Shown here one piece after another: positions 19,642 to 29,405 of a stretch of 54,166 nt of DNA; position 1 is the first letter of the stretch; each line of letters begins with the position of its first letter. The notes under the pieces are model-generated. The model worked only from the letters and a program-made list of their open reading frames with translations, did not search any database and was not told the origin of the DNA. The stretch comes from an uncultured Myxococcales bacterium (GTDB lineage: Bacteria; Myxococcota_A; Polyangia; HGW-17; SLPX01). Position numbers and translations under genes: made by a program. The stretch covers positions 1 to 54,166 of the forward strand of contig CAZIJS010000006.1 of NCBI GenBank assembly GCA_964539505.1, given 5' to 3'.

Positions 19642-22251
19642 ATGAGCGAAAACCCATCCATCCTGCAAAAAGCCATCAAGGCAATGTTTGGCAGCCCTCC
19701 CTCGGGCAAGTTCGGAACATTTTCCGGAGTATTCACGCCCTCGATCCTGACGATCCTGGGCGTGATCATGTTCCTGCGTTTTCCCTGGGTCGTAGGCCAT
19801 GCCGGGTTGCTGGGTGCCGTCCTCATCGTGATCATCGCCCACACCCTGACCCTCCCGACCGCGTTGTCTGTTTCTTCCATCGCCACGAACAGGACGGTCA
19901 AAGGAGGCGGTGACTACTACATGCTCTCACGGAGCATCGGCCTGGAAATCGGCGGTGCCATCGGCATCGGCCTGTTCTTTGCCCAGGCCCTGTCCGTGGC
20001 CCTTTATGTCCTGGGCTTCACAGAGGCCCTGATCAATGTCTTTCCCAGTCTCTCGGGTCCGGTGACCAGCATCGTCACCGTGATTCTCGTGGCAGGCCTG
20101 GCTTTTTGGGATACGTCCCTCGCGCTCAAGACGCAATACATCATCATGGCGCTCATCGTCCTGAGCCTCGTATCCGTTTTTACCGGTCAAGGGCCGAATC
20201 CTCCAGGCCACATCGAACTCTGGGGCACCACCGTGGACGGCAAGCCCCCCGAGCCTTTCGTCAAGGTGTTCGCCGTGTTCTTCCCTGCGGTCACGGGATT
20301 CACCCAGGGGGTGTCCATGTCTGGAGATCTCCAGGATCCCAAACGTTCCATTCCCCTGGGCACCATGGCGGCCGTGGCGGTCGGGTTCGTCGTGTACCTG
20401 GGGCTCATGGTCTGGCTGGGTATCCAGGTGCGCCCCGGGGACCTGCGCAACATCCACCACATCGTCTTCAAGGACATCGCGCGCTGGGGCTTCGTGGTGA
20501 CCCTCGGAATCTGGGGTGCCACGCTCTCCTCGGCCATGGGCTCGATCCTGGGGGCACCACGGATCCTCCAGGCCCTGGCACAGGACGGGATCGTGCCCCG
20601 TTTCCTCGGTAAGGGCCATGGGCCCACGAACATGCCCAGGGTAGCCACCGTCTTCTCCCTTCTCGTGGCCATCGCCGGCCTGGCTCTCGCCTACACGTCA
20701 CCATCGGGGCTCAACGCCATCGCCGCAGTGATCACCATGTTCTTCCTGGCTTCCTATGGGTTCGAAAGCCTCGCATGCGGCCTTGCCAAATGGTCGAAAC
20801 TTCCCAGTTTCAGGCCCACTTTCCAGGTCCCGGCGGCAATCTCTCTCTTCGGTGCCGCCGGCTGCTTCTACATGATGTCGCTCATCAGCCTGCCCGCCAT
20901 GATCGCCGCGGTGATCATCGTGGGCGGCATCTACATGTATCTCCAGAAAAAGAAACTCACCAAGACATGGGGTGACATGCGTCACGGCATCTGGTCGGCG
21001 CTGGTGCGTTCGGGTTTGCGCGTGCTCCGAGACGTGGAGTATCACTCCATCAACTGGCAGCCGCACGTCCTGGTGCTTGGAGGCTCTCCAATGGCCAGAC
21101 CCCATCTCCTCCATATGGGACGTTGGATCGGAGAAAACAGGGGCATCGTCACCTATTTCGTCCTGGTGGTGGGTGACCCGGTGCGCCAGGGACGCCGCCG
21201 CGCCGATGTCCAAAAGACACTGCAACGCAGCGTGCGTCGTTTCTTCCCCCTGGTTTTCGCCAAGGCACAGCTTGCTCCCACGGTCTACGATGGGATCATG
21301 GCCGTGGCCCAGTCTTACGGCGTGGCCACGTTCGAACCCAACATCATCCTCATGGGCTGGGCCAGGGATGAATCCAAATCCGCCGAGTTCGCCGACCTGG
21401 TCAAAAGTCTCATCGGTCTCGACAAGAGCATCTTGTTTTTATCGTACAAAGACACCCCACCGATAAAAATCGATCCCACGACCAACAAAATCTTGTCCCA
21501 GGCCGACATCGAAAAAGCCCTGCGGCGCGCCGGCAAGAAAGCCCGCAAGAAGGGCAACCGCAGTTTCGGCATGTCGAGACCTGGTTCAAGCATGGAGGTG
21601 CCGTCAACAGAATCCGCCAAGGACAGCCTGGTAGGCCGAAGCGCAGTGGAAGCACTCACAGAAATCCAGGGGTTCGGCAAGTGCCGGAGCATCGACATCT
21701 GGTGGGGCGGACAAGACAGCAACGGAACGCTCATGCTCCTGTTGGCGAGCCTCATCACCGAGGTTCCTTGCTGGTCCGGAGCCAAAGTCTTTCTCAAGAT
21801 GATCGTCCCGGAAGGCGCCCCGCTGAGCGAAACGAGACGGCGTCTCGAAGAAATCATCACGGAATCGAGGGTGCCCGCCGAAGCAGAAATCATCATGCGA
21901 CAGCCGCCCGGAAAACCCATCGCCGATATCATCGCAGAACGCAGCAACGCCGACCTGGTGATGCTGGGAATGAGGGCGCCCGGTGAAGACGATGACGGCG
22001 TGGCGTTCGTCCGGCGTATCAACTCCCTGGTGGAACGCCTGCCCACCACCATCCTCGTTCGGGCTTCATCGGACCTGGAGCATGCAGAGGTTCTCGCGGA
22101 ACTGGACTGGTCACAAAAAAGGCAGGCAAAGACGAAAACCAAGGCCGAGCAAGCACACCAGGTTGAACCAGGAACTTCCGGAAAGCACACCGAAACACAA
22201 AAAAACCAAGGAAGCGACGATCCGGAAGAAGAACCAGTCGCTGATGAGTGA
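19642..22251 (+). CDS. Cation-chloride cotransporter (SLC12/CCC, APC superfamily)
   Basis: KFGTFSGVFTPSILTILGVIMFLR, GGGDYYMLSRSIGLEIGGAIG, FFPAVTG, MSGDL, NWQPHVLV, IDIWW. Start ATG 19642 after GGGAGG. Confidence 0.9.
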   Translation: MSENPSILQKAIKAMFGSPPSGKFGTFSGVFTPSILTILGVIMFLRFPWVVGHAGLLGAVLIVIIAHTLTLPTALSVSSIATNRTVKGGGDYYMLSRSIGLEIGGAIGIGLFFAQALSVALYVLGFTEALINVFPSLSGPVTSIVTVILVAGLAFWDTSLALKTQYIIMALIVLSLVSVFTGQGPNPPGHIELWGTTVDGKPPEPFVKVFAVFFPAVTGFTQGVSMSGDLQDPKRSIPLGTMAAVAVGFVVYLGLMVWLGIQVRPGDLRNIHHIVFKDIARWGFVVTLGIWGATLSSAMGSILGAPRILQALAQDGIVPRFLGKGHGPTNMPRVATVFSLLVAIAGLALAYTSPSGLNAIAAVITMFFLASYGFESLACGLAKWSKLPSFRPTFQVPAAISLFGAAGCFYMMSLISLPAMIAAVIIVGGIYMYLQKKKLTKTWGDMRHGIWSALVRSGLRVLRDVEYHSINWQPHVLVLGGSPMARPHLLHMGRWIGENRGIVTYFVLVVGDPVRQGRRRADVQKTLQRSVRRFFPLVFAKAQLAPTVYDGIMAVAQSYGVATFEPNIILMGWARDESKSAEFADLVKSLIGLDKSILFLSYKDTPPIKIDPTTNKILSQADIEKALRRAGKKARKKGNRSFGMSRPGSSMEVPSTESAKDSLVGRSAVEALTEIQGFGKCRSIDIWWGGQDSNGTLMLLLASLITEVPCWSGAKVFLKMIVPEGAPLSETRRRLEEIITESRVPAEAEIIMRQPPGKPIADIIAERSNADLVMLGMRAPGEDDDGVAFVRRINSLVERLPTTILVRASSDLEHAEVLAELDWSQKRQAKTKTKAEQAHQVEPGTSGKHTETQKNQGSDDPEEEPVADE

Positions 22252-22316
22252 TCAGACGATACGCGAGGCGCGACTCCATCGATGGGCGGGCAGGAGCCCG
22301 GGATGAGGGGACTCAA

Positions 22317-22820
22317 TCACAGTTCGCTTTCATCCAGCCTTTCGAAAAGAGACGTGACCTGTGCCTTGTCGTCCTGGTCCCCAAAGATTTCCACGATGGG
22401 AAGGTCCTCGATATCGAGCACATCGTCGTCTTCCACGGGAACGGCGCGTCGCTCGCCCACGCGCCGTTCCTTGTGGATGAGCCGGCTGTCCGCTCTCCCG
22501 CTCCGGCGATCTCCAAACCTGCGATCCCGCTCCAGTCGCTGTCGGATTCCCTCGAGGGACCGGGGCAAGGGACTGAGCCGCATGGTGCGCACAGCACAGA
22601 TGTGGCACATGGGCAACCACTTTCCAAACAGCTCCACGCGCTGGAGATTCTCACGGCGTCGTTCGCCACAGATCACGCAGCGCGCCCCCACACCCACCGG
22701 CTGGGCTTCCTGCCATTTTTGATAACAGCCCCAACATCGGCCGCGACGCAATGTGGACACCTTGGCGCCGCAGACCTCGCAATGCAACTGCTCTAACATG
22801 CCGACGGCATCAGCTCCCAT
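22317..22820 (-). CDS. Hypothetical protein with four CxxC motifs and an Arg-rich repeat
   Basis: CEVC, CWGC, CVIC, CHIC; DRRFGDRR and ERRVGERR; acidic tail. ATG 22820 preceded by AAGGAG. Confidence 0.75.
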   Translation of the reverse strand: MGADAVGMLEQLHCEVCGAKVSTLRRGRCWGCYQKWQEAQPVGVGARCVICGERRRENLQRVELFGKWLPMCHICAVRTMRLSPLPRSLEGIRQRLERDRRFGDRRSGRADSRLIHKERRVGERRAVPVEDDDVLDIEDLPIVEIFGDQDDKAQVTSLFERLDESEL

Positions 22821-22985
22821 ACCAAAGCACTCCTTGTCTGGTGAAGGCCTCGAGTCACGATACCCAAGCAAACCTCCACGCGTCTTTCTCTTTGGTACTC
22901 CCAGTGATGATTTGGGGCAAAATTTTGCTCCGGGCGGATTTCGACAAAGAGTCGAACGAAACAACCAGGTCGAGGAAACGAAGAA

Positions 22986-23948
22986 TCAGCCCGCCAACAC
23001 ATTGAAGACGCGCCGAACCAGGGACATGCCCTGATCCAGCGACTGGCGATGATGGACCACAACGACGAACCGGGGTTTTCCAAAAGGAGACCAGGCCAAG
23101 AGAAACTGTTCCTCCGCCCCAGGACGACAGGCGCCCCCAATCAAGGAGACATCCAGTCCCGCCACCCCGGCTGCCTGGGCATATCCCGAACGGACTGCTT
23201 CGAGTGCCCCGGTCCGTACCAGGGTTCGGGCCGGATCCCCGGGATCGGACCGGGCTGCCGCAAGGGCAAACAGCCTTGCCTGCGGCAAGGTGAGTCGAAC
23301 GCCCACCCCCTCGGCAAAGAGACGCCACCTGGCCATCTGGTCATTCGGTCTGGGTCCAAGGGCGCCATCCATCCGAAAAAGGCGAGCAGCCAACTGATAG
23401 TCCGCCCAGGTCAACCGCACGGCCACCTGCTGCACGAAACTGCGGCAGCCCTTGGCCAGCGCAGACAGGGCCGTGAGTCTGCCGTGTCCGCCTGGTACGT
23501 CCCGGTCGCCCCTGCAGATCAGGGGCTCATCAGCGTGCAGTTTTCCGGTCCTCACAGCGGCGTACAAACAAAGTGGGGCCGAGGCCCAACCCAGTCCCAC
23601 CGTCTTCCAGTCCACGACAGACTCACCGGCGAGCCGACGGCCCCTGGCAAAATCGAGAACCTCCCAGCTTGCCTGTTCCCGGTTTCGAAGCAAGGTGGCC
23701 ACCCGAATCCTGGTTGCGGCCTCGTCGAACGAGCCCCCTGACCACCTGGTCTCTCCCACCAGGGGCCCTGTCTGCATGCTCCCACTCCTGGACAAGGGCC
23801 CCCTTCCACCAGCAGAACTTTTCTTACCGCGCCTTGAACGAAACGACCCGGTTCCAGCCTGCCGTTCCTTGGGTGCCCCCCACCGGTCGCAGCCCAGGAG
23901 TCCTGTGCCGAGCAGAGCGCAGGAACCCAAAAATTCACGCCGGTTCAC
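22986..23948 (-). CDS. Tat-type lipoprotein with degenerate penicillin-binding transpeptidase fold
   Basis: GTG 23948 after GGGAGG. NRREFL...LLGC signal. Scaffold motifs YAAVRTG, C-x-G, GHGRL, AWSPFGKPRFVVVV. Confidence 0.65.
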   Translation of the reverse strand: MNRREFLGSCALLGTGLLGCDRWGAPKERQAGTGSFRSRRGKKSSAGGRGPLSRSGSMQTGPLVGETRWSGGSFDEAATRIRVATLLRNREQASWEVLDFARGRRLAGESVVDWKTVGLGWASAPLCLYAAVRTGKLHADEPLICRGDRDVPGGHGRLTALSALAKGCRSFVQQVAVRLTWADYQLAARLFRMDGALGPRPNDQMARWRLFAEGVGVRLTLPQARLFALAAARSDPGDPARTLVRTGALEAVRSGYAQAAGVAGLDVSLIGGACRPGAEEQFLLAWSPFGKPRFVVVVHHRQSLDQGMSLVRRVFNVLAG

Positions 23949-24540
23949 CAGATCCCTCCCAGGGGGGCACGAGTCCCAGGGCACAACCCATTTGCACGGC
24001 GACCCGGTCGACCACGAAATCGATCATATCGGCAACGGACCGAGGCCTGGGATAGAACGCGGGCATGCATGGGACCACCGACGCCCCCATGGCCGCCAGC
24101 CGAGCGAGATTCTCCAGATGGATGGCGGACATGGGTGTTTCTCTCGGGGCCAGGACGAGCCGGCGCCGTTCCTTGAGAGCCACGTCGCAGATCCGATGCA
24201 CCAGGGTGCGGCCGGCGCCCGAGGCGACAGCGCCCACCGTCGCCATGGAACAGGGAAGAACCGCCGCCGCATCCCAGGAGACAGAACCAGACGCCAAAAC
24301 TGACCCGAAATCACAATCATGCAATTGGACCAGATCCAGACGGGCGTCTCGAAAATCATCGAGAAGCGGTCCGGGGCCCTGAGTCCTCTGCCAGGAAATA
24401 CCCTCTTCGTACGCAAGCACCCTGCGGGCGCCCTCTGAAACCACGAGATGCACCCGGTGGCCCTTGCCGGAAAGAGCGGCTGCCAATCTCCTCCCGTAAA
24501 TCGTGCCGGATGCACCGGTCAGGCACAGGACATATTTCAC
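23935..24540 (-). CDS. ubiX: Flavin prenyltransferase UbiX
   Basis: LTGASGTIYG, ASGS, PCSMAT, DVALKERRRLVLAPRETP, PAFYPRP. GTG 24540 after GAGGTG. Confidence 0.93.
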   Translation of the reverse strand: MKYVLCLTGASGTIYGRRLAAALSGKGHRVHLVVSEGARRVLAYEEGISWQRTQGPGPLLDDFRDARLDLVQLHDCDFGSVLASGSVSWDAAAVLPCSMATVGAVASGAGRTLVHRICDVALKERRRLVLAPRETPMSAIHLENLARLAAMGASVVPCMPAFYPRPRSVADMIDFVVDRVAVQMGCALGLVPPWEGSGEPA

Positions 24541-24967
24541 GAAACACCTCTTGGTCGCAACGCGCCGCAGCCGCGTCGGACACAACCAACCACACAATCT
24601 CCACAGACACAGTCGCAATCAAAAGAAAACTCTTGCGCGAATCAACTGACTCAAACAACTATCACGTTTTTTTTCAAAAACGCACAAAAAGTCCAGTCTG
24701 GACTTTCCCAAAAAAGGCCTAGAATCCAAAGGCGTTTTAACTATAATATGCCAAGGACTCGGCTCTGGCGTCGATGTGGCCGTATGAGGCCCACAATCGA
24801 AAACATCAATGACTGCGGTCAACCACTACCCAATCATCGATGGCCGAGGAGACCGCAAGAATTTCCGGGCATTTTTGGAGTCCGGTATCTGTTGAGAAAA
24901 AAACATCGACTCCACGGGCCTTCAGGCCCCAACAACTTCTGGATGCGACATCCAGAGAGGCTGGTCA

Positions 24968-25621
24968 ATGACGATTCGATTTTCAGCAAAGAGCGCAACC
25001 CGGGGATCCAGCGCATCGTCTTCGGCGAAACCCTCCAAAGGCAAAGCGAAATCCAAGCCCCGGAGCGCCAAGACGGCGAAAAAGGCACCAAGCCCTAAAA
25101 AGTCGGAGACCAAGAAAAAGCCGGTTCCGGAAGAAACGGGGGGGTTCGTCACAGGCGATATGGCAGTGTATCCCGCCCAGGGCGTCGCAGAAGTGGTGGG
25201 CATCGAAAAAAAAGAGATCTCCGGCATGGTCATCGAATTCTATGTCCTCAAGATTATGGACACGGAAATGAAGATCATGGTCCCAGTCCACAAGGCCGAT
25301 CAAGTGGGGCTGCGCCGCCTGGCCACGGCCAAGGACATCAAACAAGTCATGAAGATCCTTAAGGAAAAGGATGTCAAGCTCGACAAGCAGACGTGGAACC
25401 GGAGATATCGGGGCTTCATGGAAAAAATCAAGACCGGCTCTCTGTTCGATGTGGCGGAAGTCTACCGTGACCTGTCACGGCTCAAGAGCACCAAGGCTCT
25501 GTCCTTTGGTGAAAAACGCATGTTGGACACCGCCCGGAGTCTCATCGTCAAAGAATTGAGTGTTGCGCAGGACAAGCCCTACGACAAAATCGAGGCACAA
25601 CTCGAGAAACTCTTCGCCTGA
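24968..25621 (+). CDS. CarD family RNA polymerase-binding factor (CdnL-type) with basic N-terminal extension
   Basis: FVTGDMAVYPAQGVAEV, VGLRRL, TWNRRYR, IKTGSLFDVAEVYRDL, LSFGEKRML. Confidence 0.92.
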   Translation: MTIRFSAKSATRGSSASSSAKPSKGKAKSKPRSAKTAKKAPSPKKSETKKKPVPEETGGFVTGDMAVYPAQGVAEVVGIEKKEISGMVIEFYVLKIMDTEMKIMVPVHKADQVGLRRLATAKDIKQVMKILKEKDVKLDKQTWNRRYRGFMEKIKTGSLFDVAEVYRDLSRLKSTKALSFGEKRMLDTARSLIVKELSVAQDKPYDKIEAQLEKLFA

Positions 25622-25666
25622 CTCCCCCTCAGTTTTCGGGAAACTTTCTCCAAAAAGCGCCACCAA

Positions 25667-26092
25667 TCACGGCTTGCAGCCAAAACTTTCTTTAATCATA
25701 TCTAGTGCTTTTCGACAACTTTCAGACACCACCTTGCGCTGTTCAGGATCCTTGCCGGACGTCTCCTTCCACTTGGGGGCAGACTTGGTCCCCTCGTCAC
25801 AGGCCTTACGCAGCACTGGGTCTTTGGCAGCACAGCCACAGACGACCTTGAGATAGCGGTCGCAGACAGCCAACCCCGTGGGGGAGTCCGCCGCCACCCT
25901 GTCGGCCGTTCCCGGTCTCACGGCGGGCCGAGCCATGTCCGTCGCCCCGGCAACATCCCGCCCAGGTGCAGGGTCTCGCGGTGCAGCAGTCTCACCTTGC
26001 TGCTTTTCTGCGTGGCTCGCCGTTTTCCTATGATCGCATCCAGGTGACCACATGAGCACCCCAAGCGACAGCATGGACACCACCAGTCTCAT
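25667..26092 (-). CDS. Cys-rich putative lipoprotein
   Basis: ATG 26092 after GGGAGG. Signal peptide ending SPGC. TGLAVCDRYL...; six Cys in the C-terminal domain. Confidence 0.7.
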   Translation of the reverse strand: MRLVVSMLSLGVLMWSPGCDHRKTASHAEKQQGETAAPRDPAPGRDVAGATDMARPAVRPGTADRVAADSPTGLAVCDRYLKVVCGCAAKDPVLRKACDEGTKSAPKWKETSGKDPEQRKVVSESCRKALDMIKESFGCKP

Positions 26093-26112
26093 GACGACAC
26101 CCTCCCAGAAGC

Positions 26113-26415
26113 CTACTGTGGGCAATGTATCTGTTGCAAGGTTTCGAGAATCTTCAAGATCCGCTCATCCCGCAACCGATAGAACACCATGTTGCCCTGC
26201 TTGCGCGCCACGAGAATCTCACGGTCCCTGAGAATCCGAAGATGCTGGGAGATGTTGGGCAGCAAGACCCCCAACGCAGTAGCCAGTTCGTTGACGCTCT
26301 TTTCGCCATTCCTGAGAAGCCAGATGATCCCCAATCTGGTCTCATGGGCGAGCGCCTTGAGACAATTGCACGACCGAAACGTGATCTCCGAATCCAGTTG
26401 TGGTCTTTCCACCAT
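26113..26415 (-). CDS. ArsR/SmtB family transcriptional regulator
   Basis: LKALAHETRLGII...GEKSVNELA...NISQHLRILR...ARKQGNMVFYRL. Start ATG 26415 (alternative 26469). Confidence 0.92.
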   Translation of the reverse strand: MVERPQLDSEITFRSCNCLKALAHETRLGIIWLLRNGEKSVNELATALGVLLPNISQHLRILRDREILVARKQGNMVFYRLRDERILKILETLQQIHCPQ

Positions 26416-26783
26416 GAGACTCTTGCTCCCATTCGACACCTTGTGACCGATGCCGGACAAAAAAAGCATGTCACAAACTATGCACTTGCAAAGTCACTAA
26501 ACCATTTTCCACGGCATTGCAATACAAACCCCGCTCGCTCAAAGAGACTGATGCGTTGGTGCTCACGGTCTGGCACAGCAGTACAAACCAGTCTGACACA
26601 GCAGCCCAACCACAGTCGATTGATTGGGTCTGAAAAAAAAGCAAAAACACCAAAGGTCCCGGCGTTGACCCCTGTCATCTCGTATGGCACTTTAACCCCT
26701 GCGAGACAGCAGGGACAAAGCAGTCTCTTGGGACCGACTCGTGGAAACGGCGACCTTCCCGGCTCACCGGGTGCCACCCGGGA

Positions 26784-29405
26784 TTGAGCCGGAACGAGCC
26801 AACATTGTTCAAGGGAGAAACCTTCGTGCAAAAAATCGTTCTCGACAATCAGGTAACGATCGTCACATCCCAATCGGGCCTCCTGCCGGTGGTGGCCCTC
26901 CAAGTCTGGGTGGATTTCGGCTCAGCGGACGAACCCGCCGAATGGGCGGGAACGGCCCATGTCATCGAACACATGCTCTTCAAGGGAGCCCAAGGGCGTC
27001 CCGGCCAGGAGTTGGCGAAGAAAGTGGAGGCTTGGGGAGGCAACATCAACGCATGGACATCCTTCGATGAGACGGTCTACCACCTCGTACTCCCTGCGAG
27101 ACAGTTCAGCAAAGCTGCTCGTCTCTTGGCCCAGACAGTGCTCCACCCGGCCTTCGATCAGGCGGAACTCGACCGGGAAAAACTGGTCATCCTGGAAGAA
27201 ATCCACCAGGGCAAAGACCAGCCCGCACATCTTTGCTCCGAACGACTCTTTTCCACGGTTTTCAAAAAACATCCGTACGGCCGTCCCATCATCGGCTTCG
27301 ATCGCACGGTCCGCACAGTGGATTCCAAGGTGCTCCGACGCATCCACGAGAAACACTACCGCGGCGGCAACCTGACAGTGGTCGCCGTGGGAAACATTCA
27401 CGAAGGTCGGGCGGCCGAGGTCCTGGCGGCCGCCTTCTCGGAAGCCAAACGGGGCAAGACCCGTGGCAAACGCGACCCTGAACCCTTGCAGAGACGCCCC
27501 AGAATGGCTCTCCAGGCCGCGCCGGTGGAGGAAGAAACCTTCATGATCGGGTTCCCCGTGCCGGGATTTGCACATGAAGACATGCCCCTGCTCTCGGTGA
27601 TCTCGGCTCTTCTTTCGGAAGGAGAGAGCAGCCTGTTGAACCTCGCACTTCGCAGAAGACAAGCGCTCTGCTCAGACGTCTACGCCTATGCATATACCCC
27701 CAAGGACGCAGGTCTGTTCGTGGTTGGTGGAGCCGCCCCCAAAGACAAGGTCCAACAGGCGGTAGACCGGGCGGGGCAAGTGCTCGCTGAACTGGCGGAC
27801 CGCCCCCTGCCCACGGAAGCACTCGACAAGGTCCGCCGCATGGTGCGCGCCGATGTGCTGTTTCGCTCAGAAACCGTCCAAGGAGAGGCCAGGCGGCTGG
27901 GATACTATCAGACCATGGCGGGTGACCCGAACTACGAAGACCAGTACCTGGCCAGACTCGACAGCATCACCCCGCTGGATGTGATGTCTGCGGCCAGAAA
28001 GTACTTCCCCCCTGAAAAAACCACTTTTGCCCTGGTGCATCCCGAAAGCGAACGGGCAACGGGCAAGCGCCTCATCAAGGAACTCACGGCCGGCGTCACC
28101 GGGCGACTGGGCTCGTCTGTCGCCAAGACGACACCTATGAAAAAGCAGGCCTCCGGTGTCTACAAAAAAGTCCTGGAAAACGGTCTGACAATCCTTATCC
28201 TCCCTCGACAAGGAACGCCGGTAGTTGCCGTTCGCGCCATGTGGCTCGGAGGCCTGCTGGCCGAATCGCCGTCTCGAAACGGGCTGTCCACCTTGACTGC
28301 AGAGCTGCTCACCAGGGGGACCGAAAGCAGACCCGGAGACGAGGTCGTGCGACAGATCGAGTCCCTGGGAGGCGCCCTGTCTGCATCCAGCGGAAGAAAC
28401 ACCCTCAGCCTCCAGGCAGAGTTCCCTTCGAAGCATTGGGACGAGGCCACGGGCATCTTCCTCGACAGTCTCCTGAATTCGAGCTTCGAAGACAGCGAAT
28501 TCGAGTTGGCGAAACAGGCCCTGCTGGACGACCTGACCGCCAGGCGCGACAATCCGGCCGCTCAGGCCTTCGACCTCTTCCGAAAAACTCTCTTCGGGAG
28601 CCGCCACCCCTACGGACGGCCCCTGCCCGGTACCATCGAGACCGTGGAGACCTTGTCTGCCCCCATGGCCAGACGATTCCACAAGGCCCTGATCCAGCCC
28701 AACCGGATGGTGCTCGCCGCAGCAGGCGACATGGACCCCGATGGATTTGCCGAACTGGTGGAACGAGGGATGTCGTTGAAGGCCGGCAAAGGGACCATGA
28801 AGCCACCCGCCAGGCCGTCCTTCCCGAAGCGACCTCGGTTGGCTCGTGCCAGTATGAAGCGCCAGCAGGCCCATATCGTCCTCGGATACCCGGGCCTGTG
28901 CGTGGACGACGAGGATCGATTCGCCCTCAGAGTCCTCATGGGCGTCCTCGGCGGCCAATCCGGACGCCTCTTCGTTCACCTCAGAGACCGCCGGGGGCTG
29001 GCCTACCATGTCGGGTTCTACACCTTGCACGGCCTGGCCCCAGGCTACGCGGCCGCCTACATGGCCACGGATCCAAGCCGTCTCGAAGAAGCCATCGAGG
29101 GACTTCGAAACGAGTTGGGCACTGTCCGGGACAATCCTCCCTCGAACCGGGAGATCCAGAAAGCCAAGACCCACATCATCGGGTCCCATCTCATCGGCCG
29201 CCAGACCAGGAGCGCCATGGTGAATTCTCTGACCATAGACGAACTCTACGGGCTTGGACACGACGCCTTTCTGCGGTATCCAGATCGCATCCAGGATGTC
29301 ACCCGCGACGACGTGGCAGCCTGTGCCCATCGAATCCTGGACCCATCCCGGGAGGTGTGCGCCCTGGTGGCCCCCTTCCAGAGCAACGAGAATCAGGAGC
29401 GATGA
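26784..29405 (+). CDS. M16 family zinc peptidase (pitrilysin/PqqL-like, two-lobed)
   Basis: HVIEHMLFKG (HxxEH), NAWTSFDET, HPYGRP twice, LRDRRGLAY. Start uncertain (TTG 26784 or GTG 26826). Confidence 0.93.
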   Translation: MSRNEPTLFKGETFVQKIVLDNQVTIVTSQSGLLPVVALQVWVDFGSADEPAEWAGTAHVIEHMLFKGAQGRPGQELAKKVEAWGGNINAWTSFDETVYHLVLPARQFSKAARLLAQTVLHPAFDQAELDREKLVILEEIHQGKDQPAHLCSERLFSTVFKKHPYGRPIIGFDRTVRTVDSKVLRRIHEKHYRGGNLTVVAVGNIHEGRAAEVLAAAFSEAKRGKTRGKRDPEPLQRRPRMALQAAPVEEETFMIGFPVPGFAHEDMPLLSVISALLSEGESSLLNLALRRRQALCSDVYAYAYTPKDAGLFVVGGAAPKDKVQQAVDRAGQVLAELADRPLPTEALDKVRRMVRADVLFRSETVQGEARRLGYYQTMAGDPNYEDQYLARLDSITPLDVMSAARKYFPPEKTTFALVHPESERATGKRLIKELTAGVTGRLGSSVAKTTPMKKQASGVYKKVLENGLTILILPRQGTPVVAVRAMWLGGLLAESPSRNGLSTLTAELLTRGTESRPGDEVVRQIESLGGALSASSGRNTLSLQAEFPSKHWDEATGIFLDSLLNSSFEDSEFELAKQALLDDLTARRDNPAAQAFDLFRKTLFGSRHPYGRPLPGTIETVETLSAPMARRFHKALIQPNRMVLAAAGDMDPDGFAELVERGMSLKAGKGTMKPPARPSFPKRPRLARASMKRQQAHIVLGYPGLCVDDEDRFALRVLMGVLGGQSGRLFVHLRDRRGLAYHVGFYTLHGLAPGYAAAYMATDPSRLEEAIEGLRNELGTVRDNPPSNREIQKAKTHIIGSHLIGRQTRSAMVNSLTIDELYGLGHDAFLRYPDRIQDVTRDDVAACAHRILDPSREVCALVAPFQSNENQER

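Noticed and set aside
28241-29401. 1045-aa version of the Ser/Thr kinase
   Set aside because: The upstream part is a shadow frame of the M16 peptidase. The real start is ATG 29402 with an RBS.
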